A DNA stretch of 64,000 nt from an uncultured Planctomycetota bacterium (lineage in GTDB: Bacteria > Planctomycetota > Planctomycetia > Isosphaerales > Isosphaeraceae), in the NCBI GenBank assembly GCA_963823665.1, contig CAWGMQ010000010.1, positions 32,001 through 96,000 on the forward strand, in the 5' to 3' direction. The first letter of the stretch is position 1, and each line of letters opens with the position of its first letter. The position numbers were made by a program, and so were the translations under genes. Below are positions 43,828 through 55,176 of this stretch, piece after piece. Under the pieces are notes generated by a model. That model saw only the letters and a list, made by a program, of their open reading frames with translations. It made no database searches and was not told the origin of the DNA.

Positions 43828-46002
43828 ATGACAGGCTCATGCCGCCTGGTTGCGACGTATGCAGTCTTCTGGTGCTTGGCCGGCGTTGGCGAAGCAACTG
43901 CGCATGCCCAACAGCCGCCGGTCGATCTCTCCGGCTACCGCGCCGATAGCGGCGTCGCCGTTTCGAATGCCGGCAATCGTTTGACGGTCGAGTGGCCGAT
44001 GGAAACGGAGCGCGGCCGGCTCATGCTCGACTTGACCGCTGGACGCCCGCTGATCGCTTCCATGTCCGTCGGTACGGGCGACGGCCGAGATTTCCGGCCC
44101 GTGCTCGAGGCAGCCGATCCCGAGTGCTTCCTCGTGGTTGGCTCGCGGAACGCGCCCGAGGGGCGTCCTCCCGGCATGAGCGTCTTCAATGTTTTCTTCG
44201 ATGCACCGGCCAAGCGGCCGTTTGATTCCTATCGCGCACGACTCGACTTGAAACGTGTGCGCGTGAAGTCGACAGGGCGGGCCGTGACGGTTGCGATCGG
44301 CAACGTTTCGGCCGGCCCATTCTCGGGGGAGCTTCGTTTCCACGTTTATGTCGGCGCGCGTCTGATCCATGTGGAGACGGTGATCCAAACGGACGAGGAT
44401 CGCCGCGCCATTCTGTACGATGCCGGGCTCGCGCTCAATTCGCCTGGCAAGCTGCGATTTGCCTGGATCGACATCGAAGGAAAGCAGCTTACAGCGGAGC
44501 CCGCTGCGACCATCAAGGATCAGCACCTGGCTGTCCGCCACCGGACTCTGATCGCGGAATCGGACTCCGGCTCGATCGCGTGCTTTCCTCCACCGCACCA
44601 GTATTTCTTCCCGAGAGACCTGACCGACAACCTGAAGACAGTCTGGTACGGGCGCGATCATCGCGGGCTGGAGGAGCGGTTTGGCTTCGGAATCCGGCAG
44701 GCGGAGCAGGGGGGAGGGTCCTTCGTCCCGTGGTTCAATGCGCCGCCGCACACAGAACAGCGCCTTGGTGTTTTCTATCTGCTCACCGGCGGCAATGCGG
44801 AGAAGGCACTCGAGCAGACTCTCCGCTACACGAACAGCGACCGGTTTCCCAGGCTGCGCGGATATCACACGCTCAGCAGCCACTGGCACATGGCTGTCGC
44901 CGACGCGGCTCTCAAGCGAAAGAAAGGGGGCGCTCCGCCCGCAGCGCCGGACTTCGTGCAAATGTTCAAGGGGCTGGGGGTCGAAATGGTGCATCTGGCC
45001 GAATTTCACGGCGACGGTCACCCCCGAGATCCCGGCCCCGTTCGGCTGGCGGAATTGCAAGCGATGTTCCAGGAATGCAATCGCCTCTCGGACGAAGAAA
45101 TCCTGTTCCTGCCGGGGGAAGAGGCGAACTCTTACCTGGGAAACGCACGCCCCGGCAAAGAGGCCGGTCACTGGATGTACCTGTTTCCGAAACCTGTCTA
45201 CTGGACGACGGATCGCAGCCACGGGCAGGCCTTCACCGAGGACATCCCCCCGTACGGACAGGTCTATCATGTCGGCTTGGGCGACGATATGCAGAACCTG
45301 CTTGAACGCGAGGGCGGCCTGATCTGGACTTCCCACGCACGCATCAAAGGATCGAGCTGGACGCCCGACGTGTACCGCAACTCACGGCTCTTCAAATCCG
45401 ACAACTGGCTGGGGGCCGCGTGGAAAGCCATGCCGGCCGATCTCTCGCACGAACAGCTCGGCCGCCGCGTGCTGGACCTGATGGACGACATGGCCAACTG
45501 GGGCGAGGCCAAGTACGTGCTGGGAGAGGTCGATGTTTTCAAGCTGGACCATACTCACGAGCTCTATGGTCATATGAACGTAAACTACGTTCGTCTCGAG
45601 CCCGACATTCTGCCGAAGTTCTCCGATGGCTGGGGCTCGATCCTCGAGAGCCTGCGCCTGGGCCAGTTCTTCGTGACAACGGGCGAGGTGCTCATCCCGG
45701 ACTTTCGAGTGAATGGCAAGCCGAGCGGGTCAGGCCTGGTCGTGAAGCCGGCGGAGAAGGCCCTAATCCGCGTGGATCTGAGCTGGACGTTTCCGTTGCG
45801 GTCGGTCGAATTGATCTCGGGCGATGGCTTCAAGGTTTTCCGCGAGCGAATCGATTGCTCTGACGCCGGGCCGTTCGAGAAACGAACGATGCAACTTTCT
45901 CGTGAGTTGCAGGGGCGCACCTGGGTGCGCCTGGAAGCGTGGGATATCGCCGGCAATGGCGCTTTCACCCAGCCGGTGTGGCTCGGTTCATCGGTTCGAT
46001 GA
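43828..46002 (+). CDS. Secreted hypothetical protein, possible PHP-like metallohydrolase
   Basis: Signal peptide; SHWH, EFHGDGH, GEEAN, GHW, SHARIKG, GQFFVTTGE, AFTQPVWL. Confidence 0.7.
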   Translation: MTGSCRLVATYAVFWCLAGVGEATAHAQQPPVDLSGYRADSGVAVSNAGNRLTVEWPMETERGRLMLDLTAGRPLIASMSVGTGDGRDFRPVLEAADPECFLVVGSRNAPEGRPPGMSVFNVFFDAPAKRPFDSYRARLDLKRVRVKSTGRAVTVAIGNVSAGPFSGELRFHVYVGARLIHVETVIQTDEDRRAILYDAGLALNSPGKLRFAWIDIEGKQLTAEPAATIKDQHLAVRHRTLIAESDSGSIACFPPPHQYFFPRDLTDNLKTVWYGRDHRGLEERFGFGIRQAEQGGGSFVPWFNAPPHTEQRLGVFYLLTGGNAEKALEQTLRYTNSDRFPRLRGYHTLSSHWHMAVADAALKRKKGGAPPAAPDFVQMFKGLGVEMVHLAEFHGDGHPRDPGPVRLAELQAMFQECNRLSDEEILFLPGEEANSYLGNARPGKEAGHWMYLFPKPVYWTTDRSHGQAFTEDIPPYGQVYHVGLGDDMQNLLEREGGLIWTSHARIKGSSWTPDVYRNSRLFKSDNWLGAAWKAMPADLSHEQLGRRVLDLMDDMANWGEAKYVLGEVDVFKLDHTHELYGHMNVNYVRLEPDILPKFSDGWGSILESLRLGQFFVTTGEVLIPDFRVNGKPSGSGLVVKPAEKALIRVDLSWTFPLRSVELISGDGFKVFRERIDCSDAGPFEKRTMQLSRELQGRTWVRLEAWDIAGNGAFTQPVWLGSSVR

Positions 46003-47966
46003 TTTCGAAATGGGAGCCTCTTCGGGCACCGTCTCCTCGTCGCCCTGTCGCGCGGCTTTCTCCTGATCGACATTTCGGGGGGATCGGCCCTCGCCCGGCC
46101 TCGGCTCACGCACGACGCCGCCGGCGCGAATCAACCGCTGCACCGGCTCCTGGCGATGGTCAAACCCGGGAGTTCCATCAGGAATATCCATGCCGCCGAG
46201 GCTGAAGACAGAATCCGGCAGGTTCACGGCTCCGTTAACCCGCAGGTTCCGAACGCTCAGATCGACCTCCTTCACGGGTTTCATGTCGACGCCGAAGTAT
46301 GATGTCTTGACCTGATGAATCGGATACCAGACTGCGGAGAGCTTTTGCCACTGCGCACTTCGAGCTCGAGCGAGACGAGCCATTTTCCTGCCCGCATTTG
46401 ACCGGAGCGCAATCGGGTGGGTAGCCAATCCACGGCCTTATCGCAGGTGATTTCCACACGGAAGTCGTTGTCGGCGCGCAGGAAACGCAGCAGCACAGTT
46501 CCCCCTGCTTCCTCGGATTCGATTGTCCCGCAGCTCTCCGCGAGCTGCCGCAGCGTGGCGGAATCCTGACAAAACGGTTCCGCGTAATGCAGCAGCGGGT
46601 CGAGGTAACGCAACTGCGCATGACCCCCTCGCTCCCATTCTGCGGCGGAACGGGGCGGATTCGTCACGGTGAGCAAGAGACCCCATGTGGAGTCTTGCTG
46701 GGTGTATGCGAACACGTCGCGGGAACGAACGACGCTCTGGACCCAGGGTTTCTTGTAGAAGAGCCTCCGGCCATCGGGTGCAAGTTTGCCCTCCGGATGA
46801 TGGTCGTACCGTACGATCCCGTCCTTCCAGTAGACGGTACCGTGAGAAAAGCCGCGGTCGACGCTTCTTAGCTTCCCGGACGCATCGAGGGGAAGTTCCG
46901 GGGTTTCATTCTTCAGGTCGTAGTCAAAGATCAGGCGGTGGAGCGAGGCAAAGTTCGAAGTGGCAGAAGCACCGCACCGCTTGAGCCGCTCTTTCGTGGC
47001 CTCGTTGGCGTTCCGCAATTCGTCCACCCAAGCCCAGTCATCGCCGATCGCGCCGGAGAATCGAGACGTCCCTGGGCCTGCCCTTCGCCAAGCACGGGCG
47101 GCTCCGCCGGCGGCGACGGTGACCGCGCCGAGAGACAAGCATACGATCATCGAGATAGCCATCCCTTTGGATGTGAGCTTCGCAAGCAACATGGTCTTGA
47201 GCATTCCGTGCGTTAGCGTCGCGAGGTACGCCGGCAGAATGCCTGCAAGGTTGCTACCGGCCGCGAATTGGGCCGCCGCGCGGGCCGTTTTGGCGATGAG
47301 CGCAGGCGGAACGAACATGGCAGTTTTGTCGCGCGGCGGATCGGCGTCCGAAGGATTCAAGCCGCGGCGCGCAAGTCGGCTCCTCAGCAGGCTGCGACCC
47401 CGTACCAGCCGGCTCGAAACCGTGCCGACGGGCACGCCGAGGATCCGCGCGGCTTCCTTGTGGGTTTTTTCCTCGAGGTCGCAGAGGACCACCGCGGCGC
47501 GGAACGAAGCCGGAAGACGGCTCAGCTCTTCGTCGAGGGCCGACATGATTTCGTCGTCCTTCCCGTCAACGGTGACGTTGTCGCGGAGCCTTTCCTTCAT
47601 CTGTGCCTCCCGTTCTCGGCGGCGGATGGTGCTTGCGCGGAGCTCCCGGGCAGAGCGGACCGCGACACCATAAAGCCAGTTCGCCAGCGATTCGCGCCGG
47701 GCGATGCCTTTGGCCTTGCGGGCCAGTACCAGGAACGTGACCTGGAACGCGTCCTCAGCGTCGTTGGGCTCGGACAGGATCCGGCGGCAGACGCGAAGAA
47801 CCATCGGGCCATGGCGTGCGACAACCGCCGCGAACGCGTTCTCTGCCTCGGCGCCCCGCCGCGCCACGAAACGCTCCAGCAACTCGGCATCACTGTCCGC
47901 CCCGGTCGTGCCGAGATGGAACAGCGTCTGAATGTCCCGTATCACCGTGCTTGCCCCGATCGCCAT
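45988..47966 (-). CDS. ECF sigma factor with TM and long C-terminal extension (frameshift near 46360)
   Basis: [57 protein letters not shown]; then a TM and an extracytoplasmic domain. Confidence 0.9.
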
Positions 47967-48133
47967 GACTTTGTCCTTCGTCGGCAGACGTCTCCGATCT
48001 CCGCTATGTACTGGGACGGTCGGGGCGAATTCATCCCGATTTCTTCAATTTGGGCTACGGATTTGCGCCCCCGCCGCTCGGAGCATCGTTGGGCGACGGC
48101 AGGCGGCTTGGACTCCTTCCGGAATTCGATCGC

Positions 48134-49162
48134 CTACTGTGAGAGCTGATAGTAGGCGAGCCTCTCCTTGCCTGCCTCCAGATCCTCGGGGTTCTCGAAC
48201 AGCCCGTTGGCCTTGTTTTGCCATTTCGCGGCTGACGCGAAGTCACCCGACTCGGCGCAGGCGCCCGCTAGCGTCTCCATGAATGCCGGAACTTTCCAGT
48301 CGGAAAGTTCGCACGCGAGGTTCGCCGACTCGACGGCCCGTTCGGCGTCGCGGAACGCCGGGTCGGCCGAAAATGTCCAGATCCAGGCGATCGAGTTATG
48401 CGCGTAGGCGTTGCCGGGGTCGAGCCGGATCGCCTGGGACAGATCTGCGATGGCCTTGTCATATTCGTCGTTTTCCAGGAAGGCGCTGCCGCGATGGATG
48501 TAGGCCCCGGCGTCATCTGGCGCAAGCCGGATGGCCTCGTTGTAGTCGGCGAAGGCTTTGTCGCGCTCGTGCTTCTTGTGCCAGGCGTAGCCTCGCGCGT
48601 AAAACGCGTTTGCGTATCCCGGGTTGAGCCGGATGGCCTGGTTGCAATCGGCGATGGCCTTGTCGAGCTCTTCTTTTTCACGATAGGCGTTTCCGCGCGC
48701 GCACCAGGCCTCGGCATCTGCCGGTTTGAGCCGGATGGCACCCGTGTAATCGGCGATTGCCCTGTCCATTTCGTTCCTCTCGAAGTAGAGACCGCCGCGG
48801 TTCATGTAAGCCGCGGCGTACTTCGGATTGCGTCTGATGGTCTCCGAGTAATCGGCGATCGCCTGGTCGGGTTGTTTCTGCTGGCCCCGGACGTAACCGC
48901 GTGCGAATCGCGCGTCATCGTAGTTCGGATCGAGCCGGATGGCCTCGCTGAAGTCGGCGATTGCGCGATCGAATTCGCCCTTCATGGCCGACGAATGGCC
49001 GCGGGGGTAATAGTAGGACCGGGCCATCACAGGTCCAAACGCCACGCGGACCGAGCCGTACACGATTGCGACGACGAGCGCAATCGCAGCAATCACCACC
49101 GCGATAACGGTCAGGCGGAATCGCCATCGCGCGTCGTCGTCGTCCTGAGGTAGACCTTCCAT
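48134..49162 (-). CDS. Membrane-anchored TPR protein
   Basis: N-terminal TM, TPRs and the cap NSIAWIW..ETLAGACAESGDF..KWQ. Confidence 0.88.
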   Translation of the reverse strand: MEGLPQDDDDARWRFRLTVIAVVIAAIALVVAIVYGSVRVAFGPVMARSYYYPRGHSSAMKGEFDRAIADFSEAIRLDPNYDDARFARGYVRGQQKQPDQAIADYSETIRRNPKYAAAYMNRGGLYFERNEMDRAIADYTGAIRLKPADAEAWCARGNAYREKEELDKAIADCNQAIRLNPGYANAFYARGYAWHKKHERDKAFADYNEAIRLAPDDAGAYIHRGSAFLENDEYDKAIADLSQAIRLDPGNAYAHNSIAWIWTFSADPAFRDAERAVESANLACELSDWKVPAFMETLAGACAESGDFASAAKWQNKANGLFENPEDLEAGKERLAYYQLSQ

Positions 49163-49266
49163 CTCGCATTCCCTGATGACGGGGCCGACGGTCTCCGTGA
49201 TGACGATGATCAACCGTGATCATACCCGCGCGGTTCTGCAAGGTCAGCCCGGTGGTCCGGTATGGT

Positions 49267-50899
49267 TCAAGTCGCGTCGGGTCGTTTCAGGCGACCAGCC
49301 TGGTCGAAATCGGCGTTCGCTTTCTCGTGCTCCCCGATCTGGTTGTAGAGGTTGCCGCGATTGACATAGGAATCGGCGTCGCCCGGCGCGATCCGGATGG
49401 CTGCGGTGAAGTCTGCGATCGCCTTCATATACTCAAGCTTGCGGGCCCAGACCCAGGCACGGATGCTGTAGGCGCGGGCGTCATCGGGGGCGATCCGGAT
49501 CGCTTCGGTGCAGTCGCCTGCGGCCTTCTCGAATTCGCTCTTGCTCGCCCAGGCGTAGGCACGGCTGATGTAAGAGAGCACGTCGTGCCGATCGAGCCGT
49601 ATGGCTTCGGTGAGATCAGCGATGGCTTTGTCGAATCTTCTCTTCTCATTCCACGTGTAGCCGCGGCATTGGTATGCATGGGCGTCATCGGGGTCAATTC
49701 GAATGGCCTTTGCACAATCGGCGATGGCCTCGCGGAACTTCTTCTGGTCGTACAACGCCTTCCCTCGGCGCGAATAGGCTTGCGCAGGTGGGATCGATCC
49801 GGATCGCCTCGGTGAAGTCTGCAATGGCCAATCCACACTCGTCTCGACCGTGCCAGACATGCCCGCGCCAGAGATATGCATGAACGTATCCGGGTTCGAG
49901 CAGAATCGCGGCGGTGAAATCAGCAATGGCTTTTTCGGGCGCGTGGCTCTCTGCCCACGCGCAGCCGCGAACGAAATAAGCGTATGCGAGGTTGGGATCA
50001 AGGCGTATGGCCTCGCTGAAGTCCATTATCGCCTCGGCATACTCCCCCTCCTGTGCCCGCACGCAGCCGCGCCCGGCGTATCCATACGGTTCGTTGGGAC
50101 CGAGTCGGATGGCTTCGTTGAAATCGACAATGGCTTTGTCGATGGCTTTCTTCTGACTCCAGACGTACCCGCGGCACGCGAACGCGAACGTGTCCTGGCG
50201 ATCAATCCGGATTGCCTCCTCGCAATCGGCAAACGCCTTGTCGAGCTCTTTCTGCTCGTGCCAGGCGTGGGCGCGGGAGCAGTAGGCGGGTACGTTCCTC
50301 GGGTCGAGCCGGATTGCTTCGGTGAAGTCAGTGATCGCCTTGTCCAACACGCCTCTCTCCTGCCAGGCCAGGCCACGGTACAAGAAGGCGCGGGCTCAGC
50401 GCGGATCGAGCACAATCGCGGTCGTGTAATCGGCGATTGCGTTGTCGACTTCCTTCTTATCCGTCCACAAGAGCCCCCGCATCAAGAAAGGGAATGCATC
50501 TTTCGGATCGCCGCGAATGCCCATGGTGAAAAAGTCAACTGCCTCTTCAACCGCAACAACCTGGTCGGCCGCGGTCCAGCCACGCAACCCGCGCCGCTCG
50601 GCTTTGAGCAAGAGCGCTCCGCCCTCGACCTGTTCGACGACGTAGATCCGAACTGGTGCCTCAGTCGATGCGGCGGGACGATCGTCCGATTCGAGCACGA
50701 AGTCGTTCGATCGCTGCACGACGCGCTTGAATAACCAACCACCATTCTCCCCGCTGCAATCCGGATCCGCGGCCAGCCGCGAACGCGCCAACTCGACAGC
50801 CGCAGGAATCACGCGCTTGGGGATCGCTGCATGCCGCCCGGACCATCGCGCGACCAGATCCGTCACCAGGTTCCAGCCCGCCAATCTGCTCAGAGACAT
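49267..50899 (-). CDS. TPR protein with the same N-terminal module as the 25-33 kb paralogs (frameshifts near 50395 and 49790)
   Basis: WLFKRVVQRS, IYVVEQ, GWTAADQVV, AVDFFT..DPKDAF, then TPRs across three ORF pieces. Confidence 0.82.
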
Positions 50900-50907
50900 T
50901 CGCCACC

Positions 50908-52302
50908 TCAGGCGATGACGTCTTTCAGAACCTTCCCCTTCACATCCGTCAGCCGCATTGCGCGGCCCGCATAGCGATACGTCAGCCGCTCGTGGTCAAG
51001 GCCCAGGAGACTCAATATCGTCGCATGCCAGTCGTGCACGTGTACAGGGTTCTCGACCGCCTCGTATCCATAGTCGTCCGTGCGTCCATACGATAGCCCG
51101 CCCTTCACACCGCCTCCTGCCATCCACAGGGAATAGCCCTTGTTGTTGTGGTCGCGGCCGTCGCCGTTCTGGGCGTGCGGCGTGCGCCCGAACTCGCCGC
51201 CCCAGATCACCAGCGTGTCGTTCAGGAGCCCGCGGTTCTTCAGGTCCGTGAGCAGCCCGGCAATCGGCTTGTCGACTGCCCGGGCGTGCCGCCCGTGGTC
51301 GGCCTTCAGGTTCCGGTGCTGGTCCCAATCGCCGTGGGAGAGCTCCACGAACCGCACGCCCGCTTCGACGAACCGTCGCGCCAGCAGGCACTGGCGGCCG
51401 AAGTCCGCGGTATCCTCGTCGTCAATTCCATACAGTGCCTGGGTCGCACTTGATTCGTTCGCCAGGTCCATCACACCGGGAAGAGCACCCTGCATCCGGA
51501 ACGCCAGCTCAAATGACTCGATCACTCCCTCGACACCAGGCTGCACCTTCTCTCGCGCGAGCAACTCCCGGTTCATCGCCTGCATCAGATCGAGCTGCAT
51601 CCGCTGCGATGCAATATCGAGCCGCGCATTCTTGATGTTGCCCAGCTCCGCGCTTGAGACCGGCGCCGCCTCGTTGCCGATCCGCGTGCCCTGGTAAATC
51701 GCCGGCAGAAACGCGCTGCCATAGTTCTGCGGACCGCCGTTGCGAGCGACCGGCTTGATGGCGATGAAGCCGGGCAGGTCCTGATTTTCAGTTCCCAGAC
51801 CGTAAAGGGTCCACGCGCCGAGCGACGGCCGCAGAAGCTGGGAATGCCCCGTGTGCATCATCAAATAGGCTTGAGGATGGGCTGGTAAGTCGGTGTGCAT
51901 GCTGCGGATCACACAAAGCTCGTCGGCGTGACCGGCGACCTCGGGAAAGAGCTCCGAGACCCACTGGCCGCTTTGTCCATGCTGCTTGAATTCCCACGGC
52001 GAGCCCAGCAGCTTCGCGCCGAGCAGCCGGCCGTTCGTCGACGGTTTGCCGGTATCGGCAGCAAGCCTCGGCTTGAAGTCGAACGTGTCCACGTGCGACG
52101 GCGCCCCATGCATGCACAAGAAGATCACTCGTTTTGCCCTCGCCGGAAAATGCGGCGGCTTGGGCGCAAGCGGCGAGCTTCCGCGAGGCACGTCGCCGGC
52201 TGATGCCAGCGAAGAAAGCCCGGCGAAGGCAACGTACCCGAACCCCGATGACACGGTCTTCAAGAGCGAGCGGCGCGATAGAATGAAATTAGGCTCATAC
52301 AT
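50908..52302 (-). CDS. DUF1501 protein
   Basis: SRRSLLK (Tat-like), GAPSHVDTFDFKP, CLLARRFVEAGVRFV, WDQH, GEFGRTP, GRDHN. Confidence 0.93.
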   Translation of the reverse strand: MYEPNFILSRRSLLKTVSSGFGYVAFAGLSSLASAGDVPRGSSPLAPKPPHFPARAKRVIFLCMHGAPSHVDTFDFKPRLAADTGKPSTNGRLLGAKLLGSPWEFKQHGQSGQWVSELFPEVAGHADELCVIRSMHTDLPAHPQAYLMMHTGHSQLLRPSLGAWTLYGLGTENQDLPGFIAIKPVARNGGPQNYGSAFLPAIYQGTRIGNEAAPVSSAELGNIKNARLDIASQRMQLDLMQAMNRELLAREKVQPGVEGVIESFELAFRMQGALPGVMDLANESSATQALYGIDDEDTADFGRQCLLARRFVEAGVRFVELSHGDWDQHRNLKADHGRHARAVDKPIAGLLTDLKNRGLLNDTLVIWGGEFGRTPHAQNGDGRDHNNKGYSLWMAGGGVKGGLSYGRTDDYGYEAVENPVHVHDWHATILSLLGLDHERLTYRYAGRAMRLTDVKGKVLKDVIA

Positions 52303-52346
52303 GGTGAACGTGTCCTCTTGATGGATAGTAATGGCTCGCGGCCCCG

Positions 52347-55145
52347 TCAATCGAGGTAGCGGAACTCGGCGCACGAGTAAAGGGCCTGGCAGAAGGCCGT
52401 CCAGGCCGCTCCCGGGCGGTTGCCGGCGTCTTTCGGGGTGGGGAAATGCGCCAGGAATTCACGGGCGCGGCTCGCCTCGGCCGCGGTCGGGTTACGTGCG
52501 AGAAACCGCACGTAGGCAGCTTTGATGCGGTCGTCGTCGTTGTCGGCGGCTGATCGCACCAGTCCAGCGGCAGCCTGAGCCTCGCGGACGACGAACGGGT
52601 TATTCATCAGGTAGAGCGCCTGGGTGGGCCCGCTCGTCGACGATCGATCGCCGGTCACCAGGCTGGGATCGGCAAAATCGAAGATCGCAAGCGAGTCGCT
52701 CACCTGATCGCGCACGACCGGCAGATACACCGCTCGATGCAGGTTTTGAGCGTCCTGGTTGAACCGGCGGTTCGGCCCGGCAACTCCTTCTCCGGCCTGG
52801 GCAACGGCCGATCCCACCGGCGGCTCGATGATCAGCCGCCCACTCGCGCAGAGCATCGCATCGCGGATCGCTTCGGCCTCCAGACGCTTCTTGCTCATCC
52901 GCCAGACCAGCGTGTTATCCGGGTCGGCTTCGAAGTTCTTCTCTTCGTGGCTCGAGGCAAGCTGATATGCACGGCTGAGGACAATCTCGCGGATCAGCTT
53001 CTTGACCGACCAGCCTCCGTCCATGAACTTGACCGCAAGGGAATCGAGCAGCTCCGGGTGGTCCGGCGGCTGACCCGAGGCCCCGAAGTTGTCGGGCGTG
53101 GCGACCAGTCCTCGCCCGAAGAGATGCAGCCACACGCGGTTCACCATCACCCGGGCGGCGAGCGGGTTCTCGCGCGAGGCGATCCAGCTCGCCAGCTCCA
53201 GGCGGCCGCTCCCACCGCTGCGAGTCGACGGCTTCTTGAGCCCGGCCAGTTGAATCAGCCCGCGAGGAACAACTTCGCTCGGAGACTCAAGCTCGCCGCG
53301 AGTGTACAGCGGGCTGTCGATCGGCTCGAACCGCTCGCGCACGCCCATCGCATAGGTGCGCGGAGTGCCGTCCGGCTTGAATGAAGCCAGCCGGAACCGC
53401 AGCATCGCCAGTTGGGTGCGCGTCCGAATTCCCTTCATCGTGAAGTTGCCTTCCATCGTCAGCTCGTCGCGATCCTTGATCAACTGCGCCAGTTGCTCCT
53501 CGAGCGCCCTGCGCCGCGCCGGCGGAAGCTTGGGCATGGCGGCTCGCTCACCCGTCTCTCCCGGCAGCTCGATCAAGGGCGACGGGTTGATGTTCTGCAC
53601 CACACCCGGCAGCGTTCCGTAGCAGGTCTGCGTGCTCTGGAAAATGCCTGAGAGCGCGTAATAATCGCGCTGGCTGATCGGGTCGAACTTGTGGTCGTGG
53701 CAGCGGGCGCAGGCAACGGTCAACCCGAGAAAAGCCTGCGAGGTCACGTCGATCTGCTCGTCGGCCAAGTCGAGCACGAATTGCTGCCGGTTCTGCGTAT
53801 TGTGCGTCTTGCTCCCGATCGCCAGGAACCCGGTCGCAATCGCCTGCTCGGCGCGCTGGCGGTCGTCGCCCGCCTGAAGCAGGTCGCCGGCAAGCTGCTC
53901 CCGGATGAACGCGTCAAAAGGCTTGTCATTGTTGAACGCGGCGATCACCCAGTCGCGGTAGCGCCAGGCATTCGGATACATCATGTTCGCCTTGCCGCTC
54001 GATTCGGCAAACCGCGCCACATCGAGCCAATGCCGTCCCCAGCGCTCGCCGAACCGCGGTGATGCCAGCAGCCGCTCGACAACCTTTTTGAATGCGTCGT
54101 CGGTGCTGTCCGCGATGAATGCCGACCCCTCCTCGGGCGTCGGTGGCAGCCCGGTCAAGTCGAAGCTGAGCCGACGGATCAAGGTGGAGCGCTCCGCATC
54201 GCCGACCGGCTTGAGCCCCTTGGCCTCCAGTCCCGCGAGCAAGTATCGGTCGATATCCGATCTCGGCCAGGCCGCGTCATTGACCGAAGGCGGTTTCACC
54301 AGTTTCGGCGGTTGAAACGACCAGAACTGCCGGGCCTTCTCCGGATTCACCGACACCTTGGTCGCGGCCTTCGCCGGCGACGTTCCTCGCGGATCCGGTG
54401 CCCCCATCTTGACCCACTCCTCAAAGTCGGCCACAACGGCCTCCGGTAGCTTGCCGTTCGGCGGCATTTGCAGCGACTCATCCGTGTAGCGGATCGCGGT
54501 GATCAACAGGCTCTCGTCCAGGTTCCCGGGCACGATCGCCGCTCCCGTGTCACCCCCCTTGCGCAAGCTCTCGCGACTATCCACCAGCAGCCCGCCCTTG
54601 AGCTTCTCGGCCGTGCTCGAATGACACTTCGCACACTTGTTCATGAGCACGGGCCGGATTTTCGTCTCGAAGAATTTCGCCTGCTCGGATGTGACCGGCC
54701 GCTCAATCGCGGCAGCCGGCGCGGGCTTCGCCTTCGCGCCGCCCGCGCCGCGTGCTGCCGCCTTTTTCTTCGCCATTGCCCCTTTCATGAACGGCCCGCC
54801 AGCCTTCTTTGCGAATGCCCCGGCGCCGCGAAGCTCGTTGATCCTCGCGAATTCCTTGACGGTCACTGAGCCGTCCCCATCGGTGTCCAGCCGTCGGAAA
54901 AGCGGCGCCAGCAGGGCAGGGGGCACCGCTTTCTTCGCCGCGTTCTTCTGCCGCGGGCCGTTCAATACCAGCTCGCGGAACTCCTCGAGCGAGAGCTTTC
55001 CATCGAGGTTCGAATCACCAAAAGAAACCGCGCGCTCCGGGTCTTGCCGCACGGGTTGCTGACCGCGGGCCACCACCAGCGCGAAAACGAGCACGCTCCC
55101 CGCCGAGACACCGGTCAAGAGAAGCTGCGATCGACGTGTGGTCAT
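52347..55145 (-). CDS. EF-hand + planctomycete cytochrome c + DUF1549/DUF1553 protein
   Basis: DSNLDGKLSLEEF, DTDGDGSVTVKEF, FFETKIRPVL..CAKCH, GERWGRHWLDVAR, CARCHDHKFDP, NRVWLHLFGRG. Confidence 0.92.
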   Translation of the reverse strand: MTTRRSQLLLTGVSAGSVLVFALVVARGQQPVRQDPERAVSFGDSNLDGKLSLEEFRELVLNGPRQKNAAKKAVPPALLAPLFRRLDTDGDGSVTVKEFARINELRGAGAFAKKAGGPFMKGAMAKKKAAARGAGGAKAKPAPAAAIERPVTSEQAKFFETKIRPVLMNKCAKCHSSTAEKLKGGLLVDSRESLRKGGDTGAAIVPGNLDESLLITAIRYTDESLQMPPNGKLPEAVVADFEEWVKMGAPDPRGTSPAKAATKVSVNPEKARQFWSFQPPKLVKPPSVNDAAWPRSDIDRYLLAGLEAKGLKPVGDAERSTLIRRLSFDLTGLPPTPEEGSAFIADSTDDAFKKVVERLLASPRFGERWGRHWLDVARFAESSGKANMMYPNAWRYRDWVIAAFNNDKPFDAFIREQLAGDLLQAGDDRQRAEQAIATGFLAIGSKTHNTQNRQQFVLDLADEQIDVTSQAFLGLTVACARCHDHKFDPISQRDYYALSGIFQSTQTCYGTLPGVVQNINPSPLIELPGETGERAAMPKLPPARRRALEEQLAQLIKDRDELTMEGNFTMKGIRTRTQLAMLRFRLASFKPDGTPRTYAMGVRERFEPIDSPLYTRGELESPSEVVPRGLIQLAGLKKPSTRSGGSGRLELASWIASRENPLAARVMVNRVWLHLFGRGLVATPDNFGASGQPPDHPELLDSLAVKFMDGGWSVKKLIREIVLSRAYQLASSHEEKNFEADPDNTLVWRMSKKRLEAEAIRDAMLCASGRLIIEPPVGSAVAQAGEGVAGPNRRFNQDAQNLHRAVYLPVVRDQVSDSLAIFDFADPSLVTGDRSSTSGPTQALYLMNNPFVVREAQAAAGLVRSAADNDDDRIKAAYVRFLARNPTAAEASRAREFLAHFPTPKDAGNRPGAAWTAFCQALYSCAEFRYLD

Positions 55146-55176
55146 GCCATCGCCCTTTCGTGAGAACGTGTCCAGA

